Shown here piece by piece: positions 12,290 to 23,143 of a DNA stretch of 64,000 nt (position 1 is the stretch's first letter; each line of letters starts with the position of its first letter). The stretch is taken from positions 2,253,929-2,317,928 of the forward strand of contig OU015570.1 of assembly GCA_907165135.1 (NCBI GenBank), read 5' to 3'. The notes under the pieces were generated by a model. The model was given only the letters and a program-made list of their open reading frames with translations, had not been told where the DNA came from and ran no database searches. A program made the position numbers and the translations under genes. This stretch comes from Oikopleura dioica. Its lineage: Eukaryota; Animalia; Chordata.

Positions 12290-12556
12290 CAGCTACAGTA
12301 AAGTTTAACGATGAGCTTCAGTAAAGATTAACGTTGAGCTACAGTAAGGTTTAACGTTGAGCTACAGAGAAGATTAACGTTGAGCTACAGTAAGGTTTAA
12401 CGTTGAGCTACAGTAAAATTAGACGTTGAGCTACAGTAAGGTTTAACGTTGAGCTACAGAGAAGATTAACGTTGAGCTACAGTAAGGTTTAACGTTGAGC
12501 TACAGTAAAATTAGACGTTGAGCTACAGTAAGGTTTAACTTTGAGCTACAGTAAGA
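12290..12556. repeat. 23-bp tandem array (~12 units) with 92-bp higher-order structure
   Basis: GAGCTACAG-N8-ACGTT-type units; variants in the order A-B-A-C-A-B-A-C-A. Confidence 0.95.
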
Positions 12557-12620
12557 GATAAAATGTTCTTAGTCGAAAAATTTGATGGGCTGTTGCTTCT
12601 GTTTGAGGTCTTCTTCCCAC

Positions 12621-13178
12621 CTATTCTTCCCCTCCTTCAGCCAGTGTCGTTGAGTTGAAGTTGTTATGCTGCAAAGCCATCGTAAGAAATGCCATCCTTG
12701 AGCATCTGCAAAGTATGCATTTTCATGTAAGGCGAGCGAATTGTACGGCGCATTCAGGATGAAAGGAGTGAAGGCAGCGCAGTGTTATTGTGGGGTTACC
12801 CTTTCGACAAATCGGGCATAAACGGCCGTTTGTATGATTCTCCATGTGTGTGGTAAAGAGACGAAGTCCCATCGAGTCCCAGCAAGCAGGACAATGATCA
12901 TATTTTTGGCATCGCTCAAAGAAGCAGTTTATATGAAGAAAGTGCCCACATTTTGCTTTGATACCCATCTTCATACTTGATTCACTGTCTCGCGTTGAAC
13001 AAATAACGCAGACTTCGTCAGGGTTTGGCGTTACTATTCGGCATCCTTCGACGAAAACGAACATGAAAGTTGTTGTAACGAGCCAATTGATGGGTGTTTC
13101 TACGGCTTTTCTATTGACAGAGCTTGTTCTACCGGCGCTTTCAAGGTAACCACTCGAAAAATCGTTTCGGTTACTCAT
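12621..13178 (-). CDS. Tandem RING-H2 (E3 ligase-like) protein; in-frame TGA at 12723-25 inside the second RING
   Basis: RING1: CVIC-x16-CGHFLHINC-x10-CPAC. RING2: CPIC-x10-CLHSFHPEC-AVQFARLT*K-CILC. The frame stays open to TAG at 12621. Confidence 0.8.
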
Positions 13179-16100
13179 GATCTGAATCAGAGTTTTGGTA
13201 GTTTAGATAGAAAATTTCATCGTTCAAGCTTTGTTACTTCAAGAGAAGAGCTTTTAGCGAAAATTGTGTTTAAAAGAACTGTTACAGTAAAAATGAAGTT
13301 CAGTTTTCCGTAAAAAAACTTGCGTTTTCGGAATCTGTCTTTAGATGCCGTAAATCGATGTTTTAAACGGTATCTCAGAATATCCCTTTTTTTTTAAAAG
13401 CTCATCGATCATGCTACCGTTTTTTTTTAAATGAGCCCATTGAATTGAACTTACAGTTAATCAGTGTTAAACTACAGAATGATAAGTGGAATCCTTAATG
13501 GTTCAGTTTTTCTGTAATCGGATTCAACTTTTTTTATGAATCAGTCTTTCATGAGAGTCCATGATTCTTGTTGTCCATATTTTCTGATTTCCATGAGATT
13601 TTTGAAAAAGACAGACGTCAGCTAAATATTTTCTACTTTAAATCGTTTAAATTCGAGAAATGGAGGTTTTGGCTCTCAAATATGGCTAATTTTTTCAAAG
13701 AGGAAGAAAAAGGGAATGAATGAAAGAACTTTTTAAATGAATATTTATCTTATGGGTACGGCTATCGATTTTGAATGGGGCTTATTCTGATTGTTGAAAA
13801 TACTTAGTTATTTCCTGAATTAAAGGGGCTTCCGTGAGTTTTTTGGTGAAATGAGTCTCGTACGGACCAAAATTTTGGAGAAATCTGTATAAAGGCTATT
13901 TTTCATTAAATCAAATGATCTAAGGGGGAAGAGCCCGATAAAGATTCCTTATTTTGCATTTTCCGAGAATCAGGTTCGCGCGGACCAATTATCTTGGTGA
14001 CACCCTAAGTTGATTTGAATTGCTGTTTCGAAAAAGCATCCATTTAGCTTTTATCAATACTGTTAAGGGTTTTTGGATCATTCAAGAAAGATAAGAAATT
14101 CAATTATTGAGCCTCTTCAGAGGACTGACTAGGTAAATTTTACTTATTTCCTCACAAAGAAAGCAGAATTTGAATTTACAAAGTCGATTTTCGTTAATAT
14201 TTGAGATTGCGCTCTAAAGATTCTGTTATAAAAATTTCTACCGTCACCTGAGCTACAGTCGAAATTCGTAAAGAAGAATTTGAAATCGATTGATTCAAAA
14301 GCGGGGGTGGGGGTCCTTAAGTCGAAAATCTTCAATAATTGAACATTATTTTCATCAGTGGGTATTTAGATTGGTTCTGAGAAACAAAGATCAAGTTCAT
14401 GCAATCAATGTTGGTAACCTTAATATTCGGCCGATTTGCACGTTTTATTGAAGCCCGTGATCTGCGCTAGAATTGACCCTCCCAGAGTTATTCGAGCGTT
14501 ACGGTGGTGTTCTTCACTACAGTTCGCTCCAAATTATTTTATTGGCCGTAAAATTTTGAACTTCTCCTTTTCCGCCTTGACCTCTTTATTTTTATGGTTT
14601 CTGCCTGAGCGCTTCAACCGAGTTTCTGAATTTCAGAATTTCTCATTTTGAAAAATCGGTCAAAAAGAAAGGCCGTGAAAATGATTTTTTCAAAACTAGA
14701 GGTTTAAAGAAGAAACGCAAAGAAAGAATAAGATGGAAGACGAATTTTTGAAAACATCTAAAGTAAGTCGGGAGCAATTCTATTTAAGCACATTTTCGGA
14801 CTTAGTAAAATTTAAGGGTTTATATTCCTTTTAGATTTTCCGGATTTGGCATTTTCCGAAAATGAAATTTTCACGAGTCAAAAGTTTCAAATTATCTTAC
14901 TCTAACCTTCAGTTTCATAACTAAAAGGGGCGACTCTAAAATGGCCAATAAGAAATTCATTCCATAATTTGGGGGCCTAAATTTTCTTAAATTCAACGAA
15001 CTTAAAATGCAAGAATTTCATTTAAAAATCGACTGAACCCAAAGGGTTTTGCGCTCATAATTAAAGTAAGCCTCCATCTTTAAGGATACCCCTAACAATT
15101 TTCCATTGAACTACGACTCCCGATTCGAATCGTCATTTCAAAGATTCGGTTCAAGAATATCAGCAGGGAACAAGCACTCGAAATTATGGTTGCATCAAAA
15201 ATTCTCCAGGTCACGTGACCTTCACGAGTATCATTTTAAATAAATAGAATCGTTTGATAATCCCTAAAACCTGGAATGAGCAGAAATATTTGGCACTAGT
15301 TAAGATTTATGTTACCGTTAATGCGAACTTTTTCTTGGCTTGATTTGGGTGGGTCAAAAGTTATTTACCATTTCTAATTTGGACAATTATTAGGCACGCT
15401 CCATTAGCTCTTAGTCTCGAGAGAACTGTAAGTGGTCATAAGCGCTGGTTAAAAGTTGCGCTTTTCAAAAAAACATTTCCCGGTCGTTTTAAATTCCGGT
15501 CCCCGGAATACGACCAAAAGTAAATAAGCTTTTTCACCGACTCAGGTCTTTCATGTGACTCGAAGTCGATAATTTTTCTTTGAGATTATTAACTTTTTCA
15601 TAAGTTGTTACAAAAGCCATTTCTCCTCAAATTTTCCTGATGGCTGTCATATTACTAATTGCTTTTAAATTAAAATATTAACTATCAGTTTTTCACCTTG
15701 AATACTTTTATTCTTAAAGATATTTGTTTTCATCAAGCGCTGACTTTTATTCGCGTCCTATCACAATCGTATTCAAAAATGATTAAAATTCCGTTTGAAC
15801 TTATAATTTGAGCTGATTTGCTCACGCTTTGTGGTTTATTTATTTACTGATTTCTAACGCGAAAAGAAATCGGTGGGCTCATTCCTTCCCACAGACGTTC
15901 AGAGATTTTTTAAAGTGAATCTCCATGGGCCCCCTTTCGTGTAGTGAAATGGCCAAACGTCATTTACAGGGTGCTTTAGGCTCCCTGGCAGTATACGGAG
16001 ACCAACTGCCCTCCAAATGGAATCCCTATTATGTTAAATACCTTTACTTAGCGTGAGACCACATGCATGATCCATGCGTATGGCTAAGTTATCTTTTTCT

Positions 16101-16383
16101 TTGCCTATCCCTCTGCAAGGTGATTACTTCATCTGTCACCGGTCTACAGTTTACCAGCGAAAACGTAAAAATAAGGCTAATGCCGAAAACATTTTTACAT
16201 CGCAAAACTTTCAGAGGTTAGTTCAGCTTAGATTTTGAGTTTTTCATGATTCTTGATCATTATTCGTTTTTTTTTTTTCAAATTTAATTGCATCAGTTTG
16301 CGCTTGATAAAATCATTTCATAATGTCATGATAATTACTATACTACTGTCTTTGTTGTTTGTAAATAACCCTTTACATACCTT

Positions 16384-16854
16384 TTATGTTGTTTTCGTTC
16401 GAGTTTTTGAAGGAGTCGTTTTGGCGTTGGGGCCTTCCTTCATTTTTTTCATCTTTTTTCGGCGTTGTTCTGTCGTTATGATGAGATCGTTTCGTAGCAC
16501 GTCGCAAGCCCAACTGTGTTGCGATTTCTCAGGCAGTTTGCGCTCAAAACGTTTCATCTTGGATCAATGTCGAATCCTTTCTGCTTGTTTCATCTTTTCC
16601 ATGCTGCCAATGGAGAAACTTTCGGCTTTATTTGGAATAATCCCGTCTCCAAGCTGAAGTTTAAGAATCATTTTGGACACTTCGCCTTTTTCTGCCGATT
16701 TACCAAGCTAATTCTGTTGTTTCTTTGTCAATCATATAGTTTTTTCTGTCCTCGGTTATCAACATCGAGATCGGCAGGGCTTTATCTTCCAAGCACCCAA
16801 GGTTGTTTACTTCGAAACATTCCAAGTTTCAGTGTCCACCGCTTTTCGAGCCAT
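16384..16854 (-). pseudogene. Decayed ORF inside element C
   Basis: About 107 codons with one TGA (LGKSAEKGEVSKMILKLQLGDG...RIRH*SKMKRFERKLP...KTRTKTT*); the 5' part has several stops. Confidence 0.3.
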
Positions 16855-17422
16855 AGTGTCGTTTAATCACTCAGAATTAGCAATTACCCGGCCGGGTTTT
16901 GCCCTTGCGATTTCCGGGATTCTGTGCACCAAGCGTGTACGTTGTTGGGGGACTGAAATCGCCCTCGAAAAGCCCAAGCAGAGTTCGTGTTCCAGATTAA
17001 GGTTCGCTCAATCGTTTCGACCAGTTCAATTTTTTTCTTAAATTCAATTTGTTACATTAACCGTCAAATTTGGTTGAATTTAAGGGAAAGCGGGAGGATC
17101 ATAGGTTTCAGAACAATATGGATTTTTCGCGTCGCCAGGATCGAACATCTTCTTTTTTCCTAAAGCAGGCGGGACTCAGGACCCTTCGCGGTTGATCAGA
17201 CCAGGTCCAGTTTCCCGGAGGTGGCGTAGATGCTAGGCTTCCAACTCACAGAGCACTCGTCAAAGCTGCTCGTGCCAGGCAATTTGAAGATTTCACTTAT
17301 TGCAGAAGCGCAGTTTTGGCTCGCTTCTTTGAATGTAGAGATCCAGATCCGCATGATTCGTAATTGTCCAATGTGCCGAAATGTATTTGATTTTTGTTAG
17401 AAGCAGTCGCAAGCGACTGTGC

Positions 17423-18130
17423 CTAAACCGTCCAAATAAGGGTTTTTTTGACCGCTGTTCTGAGAGTTTCAAAGTCGAGTTGTTCAGCGGCTTCGATCAC
17501 CCGTGTCATTTCCATCTTTTCCAACGGCATGCAGTTGTCGAGAAGAATCGAGTATATCAAAGTTGCCAGTGATTTTGGGTCTTTTCCAACCTTGTAACGG
17601 CATATTTCACATATTCGTATGAATAATTGTATCAAGGTTTCCTGGGGTTTTCGTTTTATTTTCAGTATCTCCCCAAATGCAGTTGTTCTTGCGTTATCCA
17701 GGAATCTCCCAATTGATTCCAAATACGTATCAAAGTCCTTGCGCTCGTCTTGTCCAATCAACTCGTCGACAAAAACATCCTGCCGTCTTAGTGTAAGGAG
17801 GAGTAGGCTGATGAGCTGCTTTGTTGTAAAACCAGATTCGCGCGCATTTTTGAAGCAAAGGTGATTCCGAGAATAGTGTTCCCAAAAGTCGATTTTCTCG
17901 GCATCTTGCCAGATGATCGCTCCAAATTTTGCTGGACTAACGAGAAAATTTTGTTCAGGGCCGCGTGCTCCATCGTTGGTTTCCGCCTTTTTCGGAGATG
18001 GCTGTTCAGACGGAGGGGCGTCAGTTTGAGTCCATTTTGAATTGGATCCGTTGGTTTCCGGCTGAGGGCGAGAAAACATGACATCGGGTTCAGTCTGGGT
18101 AGATTTTGATTCGTTGTTTCGACAATCCAT
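17423..18130 (-). CDS. Element C ORF2, Gag/capsid-like protein (235 aa)
   Basis: Intact ATG ORF; QLISLLL...QDERKDFDTY...KRKPQETL resembles element B Gag DLISVAL...EEEKKNWESF...QRGQETQ by eye; conserved in the older copy. Confidence 0.55.
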   Translation of the reverse strand: MDCRNNESKSTQTEPDVMFSRPQPETNGSNSKWTQTDAPPSEQPSPKKAETNDGARGPEQNFLVSPAKFGAIIWQDAEKIDFWEHYSRNHLCFKNARESGFTTKQLISLLLLTLRRQDVFVDELIGQDERKDFDTYLESIGRFLDNARTTAFGEILKIKRKPQETLIQLFIRICEICRYKVGKDPKSLATLIYSILLDNCMPLEKMEMTRVIEAAEQLDFETLRTAVKKTLIWTV

Positions 18131-18369
18131 TTTCGGGTTTCGCAGTCTAAATAAATAGATTCAAAGTTAACATTGCCTTCTGTTCTTCCTTTTTGATAAT
18201 CTTTGCAAGCCTTGAATTCTGTGAAAGCAGTGACGTTTAACGGTTGCAAATTGTGGAAGACGAAGTTCTTTGTTGATAAGCTCGGTGCTTCTGAAGCCTT
18301 TTTAGCTTAATGAGGTAGTTAGGCTTAATAATTAATGTTAAGTTACATTGATTGTAACACTTACTCATG

Positions 18370-18987
18370 CTATCCCCGTCGGCGACTCAGTTTTTCAGGA
18401 AGCTTTGCCGAAAGGGGTATTTTACGCGTATTTGATCTTGTAGGGTAGGGGAGGTTTCTTTGTGGCTGGCCATTGATTGCGAACGCTCGTTGTACCCGCC
18501 GTTGTTCTCGCTGTGCTTCGTATTCAGATGCGAATTGGCGGAGTCGATGGTCAGTTGTACGACAAAGCTCACAGTTATCCAGGTTTGAATTGAGCAGCAG
18601 AGACCAGGTCCGTTCATTGTTGATTTTTCTAAAGAAAAACCTTGCCGTTTGCTTTTGGGCTGCGTAAAGAGAAATGTAGTTCGTCCGGATGCGGCGAAAT
18701 TCAATTGCGATGATAAAATGCCATTCTAGCAGCTCATCAAGCGTAGTTGGCGCAGGGCTGGTTTCAAGGATTCTTTCAAGATTTCTCAGAGCTGTTCTTG
18801 GTGAATAATTCGGCAGGGCTGAAGAGTTAGCCGTTCTTTGAATCATCACTACGATTGAGCCGATAATTCCGTCACTTTCCGATCGATGGCCAATCGGGTA
18901 TCGTTTGCCGGCGAGTGCGTCGGGAATCAATTCGAGATACATTTGTTTTATTCTATTCGTGACGTTGCTGCCTTGGTCCACACTCAT
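18370..18987 (-). CDS. Element C ORF1, unknown 205-aa protein
   Basis: Intact ATG ORF directly after the leader array; the homologue at 10486-10790 carries an internal deletion. Confidence 0.6.
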   Translation of the reverse strand: MSVDQGSNVTNRIKQMYLELIPDALAGKRYPIGHRSESDGIIGSIVVMIQRTANSSALPNYSPRTALRNLERILETSPAPTTLDELLEWHFIIAIEFRRIRTNYISLYAAQKQTARFFFRKINNERTWSLLLNSNLDNCELCRTTDHRLRQFASEYEAQREQRRVQRAFAINGQPQRNLPYPTRSNTRKIPLSAKLPEKLSRRRG

Positions 18988-19399
18988 TATTTCTCGTCTT
19001 TATTGTGTTGCAATCGTATCTAAATATGATCAATTGTCGAGATTTTCCGAGAGCTCCGCTGACTCTTTAATCATCGAGCTCCGCCGAGGTTTTCACGGAG
19101 GAGGTGCACTTTTGGCTGTTAATCAAGGGCTTAGCCGAATGCCAAAGCTAAGACCTAAAGAACACATTTTTACGTAGGAAATCGAGAAATTCTGGCTGAA
19201 GAATAACAGCGTATATGCGTTTTGAGCAAAATCGATATTTTCTTGTAAACAATTTTCAAACCTATCTTTTTTTGGCGAAAATTTGGGAACTCTGCCTCTA
19301 ATTACAGCTAAATTTTTGTTAAAGGCAATTTTGGTTAATTTTGAGCAGAGTTTTGCTGACGGAGGAGCAAAAATACATATTTAAGATGGCCCTTTTGTC

Positions 19400-20290
19400 A
19401 AAAATCGAGAACTTCGCTTGAGGCCGCAGCCAAATTAAATTAAGACCGGCGAAATTGGCAAAAAATCAAGGGCTCCGCTGGAGGCCGGGGCCGAAATAAC
19501 TTAAGATAGGCTAATTGGCAACAAAGTCTAGGGCTCCGCCGAAGCCAGCCAAAAAATCAATTTGAAATGAGCCTTTTCTGCAGAGCTCCTTCGGGGCCCG
19601 GCCGTAAAACGAGTTAAGATTGGTCTTCTTGGCATAACTTCTGCATGGCCCGGCCAAAAATCAATTTAAGATGGGCCTCTTCGGCAAAATTCTGCAGGGC
19701 TCCGCCGGGGCCCGGCCGAGAATCAAGTTAAGGTCTGCCTTTTCGGCAAAAATTCTGCAGGGCTCCGCCGGGGCCCGGCCGAGAATCAAGTTTAGATGGG
19801 CCTTTTCGGCAAAAATTCTGCAGGGCTCCGCCGGGGCCCGGCCGAAAATCAAGTTAGATGGGCCTTTTCGGCAAAATTCTGCAGGGCTCCGCCGGGGCCT
19901 GCTCAAAAATAAGTTTTAATGGGCCTTTTGGCGAAACTCTGCAGGGCTCCGCCGGGGCTTGGCCGAAAATCAAGTAAAATTGGCCTTTTCGGCAAAAATT
20001 GGGCAGGACTCCGTCGGGGTCCTGCCTTATTTTTAGTTTTAAATATGCCTTCTCGGCAAAATTTTGCGCAGGGCTCCGCCGGGGCCGCAGCCAAAAATCA
20101 TTTTCAATACGCCACTTGGCAGAAAAATCATAAAAGCTCCGCCGGGGCCCGCGCAAAAGTCCATCTAGATCGCTTTATTGGCGAAAGTTGGGCAGGACTC
20201 CGTCGGGGTCCGCCTCAATTTTAGTTTTAAATTTGCCTTTCTGGCAAAATTTTGCGCAGGGCTCCGCCGGGGCCTCGGCCAAAAAATTTC
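19400..20290. repeat. ~60-63-bp GC-rich tandem array in the 5' leader of element C
   Basis: CAGGGCTCC recurs at 19695, 19758, 19821, 19882 and 19942; an inverted diverged copy lies at ~9690-10200. Confidence 0.9.
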
Positions 20291-20859
20291 TTTAAACCTA
20301 GCAATCGCCCTTACCCCGACCCGAAGACCTCTCCTAAAGGCGTGTCTATCGGATAGCCCCTCTAAGAGCGAGCTCCCGATCCTTACACACAGCCCTGGAG
20401 GTAAGCCTTTCTCCAGCAAAAAGAGCTTGCGACCCGTTAACGAAATTTACCTCACTCAGAGCGTAACGAGCGTACATTCGGAAAGTGGTCCGCCCCAGCC
20501 GAAACATCCTTCAGGCAGACCCTGCCGGGCCCTAGGGATCACATGGCCGTCTCATCGTGGTGGTAAACCCGTATCCCCTTTAGTTTTTTTTTGGACTAAC
20601 CTGGTTTTGGCGGCTTCTACTGTGGAGCTTGAAAATCGCGAAAATTCTTTCTTTGCTGTGTCTTCTATCTCGGGATCGGCGGAAATGGCGCAAATTTCGG
20701 ATTTCCAAATCGTAATTACCCATATTCGTTGCGCATTCAGCCATGACTGCATAGATTCGTAGAATCAGGTGCTATTTTTGTTGACAGCAATGATTGATCG
20801 GGAATCGTACCAACGGTCATCAATCAGGATCGGAGCAGCAGGCGGGCAGGTTCGTCAAT

Positions 20860-20872
20860 ACTTCTGACACCA
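20860..20872 (-). other. Primer-binding site, tRNA-Leu(CAA) type
   Basis: Minus strand TGGTGTCAGAAGT, 1 nt from the 5' LTR; complementary to ...ACUUCUGACACCA (recalled tRNA sequence). Confidence 0.85.
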
Positions 20873-20873
20873 A

Positions 20874-21212
20874 TGTTGTAATATGCTTCCTCATTTATGA
20901 CTTCTATGTACTAAGCTAAGTTCCTGCTAAGTAAGCATACTACTTTTGTATTGACGGTAATTCGGTGTTTATTTGTGATTCTGGGGCAAGGCCAGAATGA
21001 GGGAAAATGGGCATGGTCAGGCACTTTTATAGGAGCGCTCGCTCACAAGTCTCACTTCGAGTTCGACTTTATTTCTGAGCTGCAGTTCCGAGTTGAGTGA
21101 TGAGCTCGCGCTTCGCAGTTGGTGCTCGCGCTCGCCCCTCAGCTTCGGATTCTGTGAGCTTGGCTCGAGACTCGACTTTCGTTTTTGTAATCATAAGTTA
21201 TGGACCATAACA
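20874..21212 (-). repeat. 5' LTR of element C
   Basis: Direct repeat of 11909-12247. Confidence 0.95.
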
Positions 21213-21630
21213 GGAAGCCTAAGAAGCCGCGACATGCTCAACGTGACCTGGTCTGATCAACTGAGTCCTGCGTGCTTAAGGAAGAAAGAAGTCGCCCGGG
21301 CCTTGCGCCAAAAAGTCATCCTTTTTGTACTGAACTGAAGATCCTTATCCTTTGACACTTAAATTTTACCAAATTACACGGTAAAATTAACAAATGGAAC
21401 TCTGAGACATAATGAAGTCGAAACAATACAGCTGACTGGAATCATCAATATGAACTCTGCTTGGGCTTTACGAGGGCGTTTTTTAGTCCATCAACAACGT
21501 ACATGATTGATGCACAGAATCCCGGAAATTGCAAGGGCAAAAACCTGCGCAGGTAATTGCTAATTCTGAGTGATTTCCAAATTTTTCCCTGTAGCACTGA
21601 AGATTCCGTAATGGCGAAAAGCTTCTGCGA
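21213..21630 (+). mobile_element. Continuation of the older family-C copy beyond the insertion
   Basis: Matches the reverse complement of ~16840-17245, e.g. GCACAGAATCCCGGAAAT(T/C)GCAAGGGCAAAA and GGTAATTGCTAATTCTGAGTGATT. Confidence 0.8.
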
Positions 21631-22085
21631 ATTAAATGTTATGTAATTTTTTATTTTGTTTATAATGTCCGTTTGTTTATAATTTCCGTTTTGTTTTCAT
21701 AAATTAAAAAAATGTTTATTATGTCTGTTTTGGGAAAATAATAGAACATCGGCTCTAATATGAATTATTTCTATTATCAAAAAAATCTAAAAGTGCAGTT
21801 TTATTCAGTTTTTTCTTTTCTTTCAAACCATTTTTCTTTGTGTATTGCATGCCTTGGGTAAAAATTTCTCAGATACCTCGTGTACCTGATTTAATGCCGC
21901 TTTTTTGGCACCAAAATTTCGAAAATCCGGCATTAAATTGGAATCGTATGGTTGCCGATCTTGAAATTGATTTGGTCGAGATTTTTGGTTATTAATAGAG
22001 TCTGTAGAAAGAGTTTTTTGTTAATTGCTTTTGATTTTAAGCGATACTACTCAAAACAACATAATGGACAATCAAAAAAGGGCTA

Positions 22086-22484
22086 CAGTTTTTTATGGAA
22101 TTTTTGGACATCAAATTTTTGGACATTTTTGGAATTTTAAGGGGTTTTCTTTGACACTTTTCAAAAGTGCCTGTATCAAGTTTTTGGACATTTTCTGCGC
22201 CAAAATTTCATATTTTCGCTTTTTTGCCAGATATGGCGTTTTTTCTTATTGAAAATCTTACTTTTTCTTTGAAAATGATGAGATTTAAGGTTGATCTCGT
22301 ACTCCTAGAACATTTTTTGTCTTTAGAAGAAGAATGAAACAGAGGATGATGGAGATTTTCCTCAAAAAAAAATTATTTTAAGCGATTTGGATGGGACATT
22401 TTTTTTGACAGCATGCATCAAATTTTTGGACATTTTTGCGAAAATCTTGGGACAAAGAATGTCCAAAAATTCCATAATTTACTG
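22086..22484. mobile_element. ~400-bp Tc1/mariner-type MITE, copy 1
   Basis: TIR CAGT...TATGGAATTTTTGGACAT, TA flanks. Confidence 0.8.
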
Positions 22485-22528
22485 TATTTGCAGACGAAAT
22501 AATTCTGCATGCAGAATAGTTCTGCATA

Positions 22529-22919
22529 CAGTTTTTTATGGAATTTACGGACATCAAATTTTTGGACATTTTTGCTATTTTAAGGGGTTTTCTTGGGACA
22601 CTTTTCAAAAGTGCCCGTATCAAATTTTGGACATTTTCTGCGCCTAATTTTTAAATTTTCTGTTTTTTTTTTGCCAGATATGAAGTTTTTTCTTATTAAA
22701 AATCTTACTTTTCTTTATCTTAAATCTTTACTTTTGAGAAAGATAAGATTGAAGGTTGATCTCGTACCCCTAAAACATTTTTTGTCTTTAGAAGAAGGAT
22801 TAAACAAAGAATGATGGAGATTTGGATGGGACATTTTTTTTGGCCGCGTGTATCAAATTTTTGGACATTTTTGCGAAAATCTTGGGACAAAAAATGTCCA
22901 AAAATTCCATAATTAACTG
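22529..22919. mobile_element. ~400-bp Tc1/mariner-type MITE, copy 2
   Basis: Same TIR and body as 22086-22484, TA flanks. Confidence 0.8.
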
Positions 22920-23055
22920 TATAAGAAAAACAACTTCTATCAAAGAAGGCGCGAGAGAAGAGTCTCTTTCTGAAAGTCCGTCATCTTCAAAAATAAGTTC
23001 CCTACAAGAAGTCGCGCGCAAGGACCGTAGCCCCGAAGCGTGCTCCCTATCGGGA

Positions 23056-23143
23056 ACCCTCGACTCGCCGGGATTTCCTCGACTCGCCGGGATTTCCTCG
23101 ACTCGCCGGGAGTTTGCATATTTTCTCCCGGCGAGTCGAGGGT
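23056..23143. repeat. Mini palindromic repeat with tandem CTCGACTCGCCGGGA units
   Basis: Inverted ends ACCCTCGACTCGCCGGGA; a related reverse copy lies at ~61340-61400. Confidence 0.6.

Larger units (their letters stand above)
11909..21212 (-). mobile_element. Element C: 9.3-kb non-autonomous (pol-less) LTR element with cargo ORFs
   Basis: 339-bp LTRs with no difference seen, TG...CA ends, TSD GGAA (11905-08 / 21213-16), minus-strand PBS and PPT; no RT/RH/IN motif in any track ORF. Confidence 0.9.

Noticed and set aside
12290-12556. CRISPR-like repeat-spacer appearance
   Set aside because: The variable parts are only ~8 nt and recur periodically; there are no cas genes and the context is eukaryotic
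17788-18370. Overlapping 153-aa ORF and a possible 59-bp intron linking ORF1 to ORF2 in element C
   Set aside because: No ATG, a stop in the older copy, and all frames terminate before the putative donor, so splicing gives no fusion
19661-20762. Repetitive ORFs on both strands (RAPAEPCRI..., KILQGSAGARP...)
   Set aside because: Translation products of the ~62-bp satellite; frames shift with unit length
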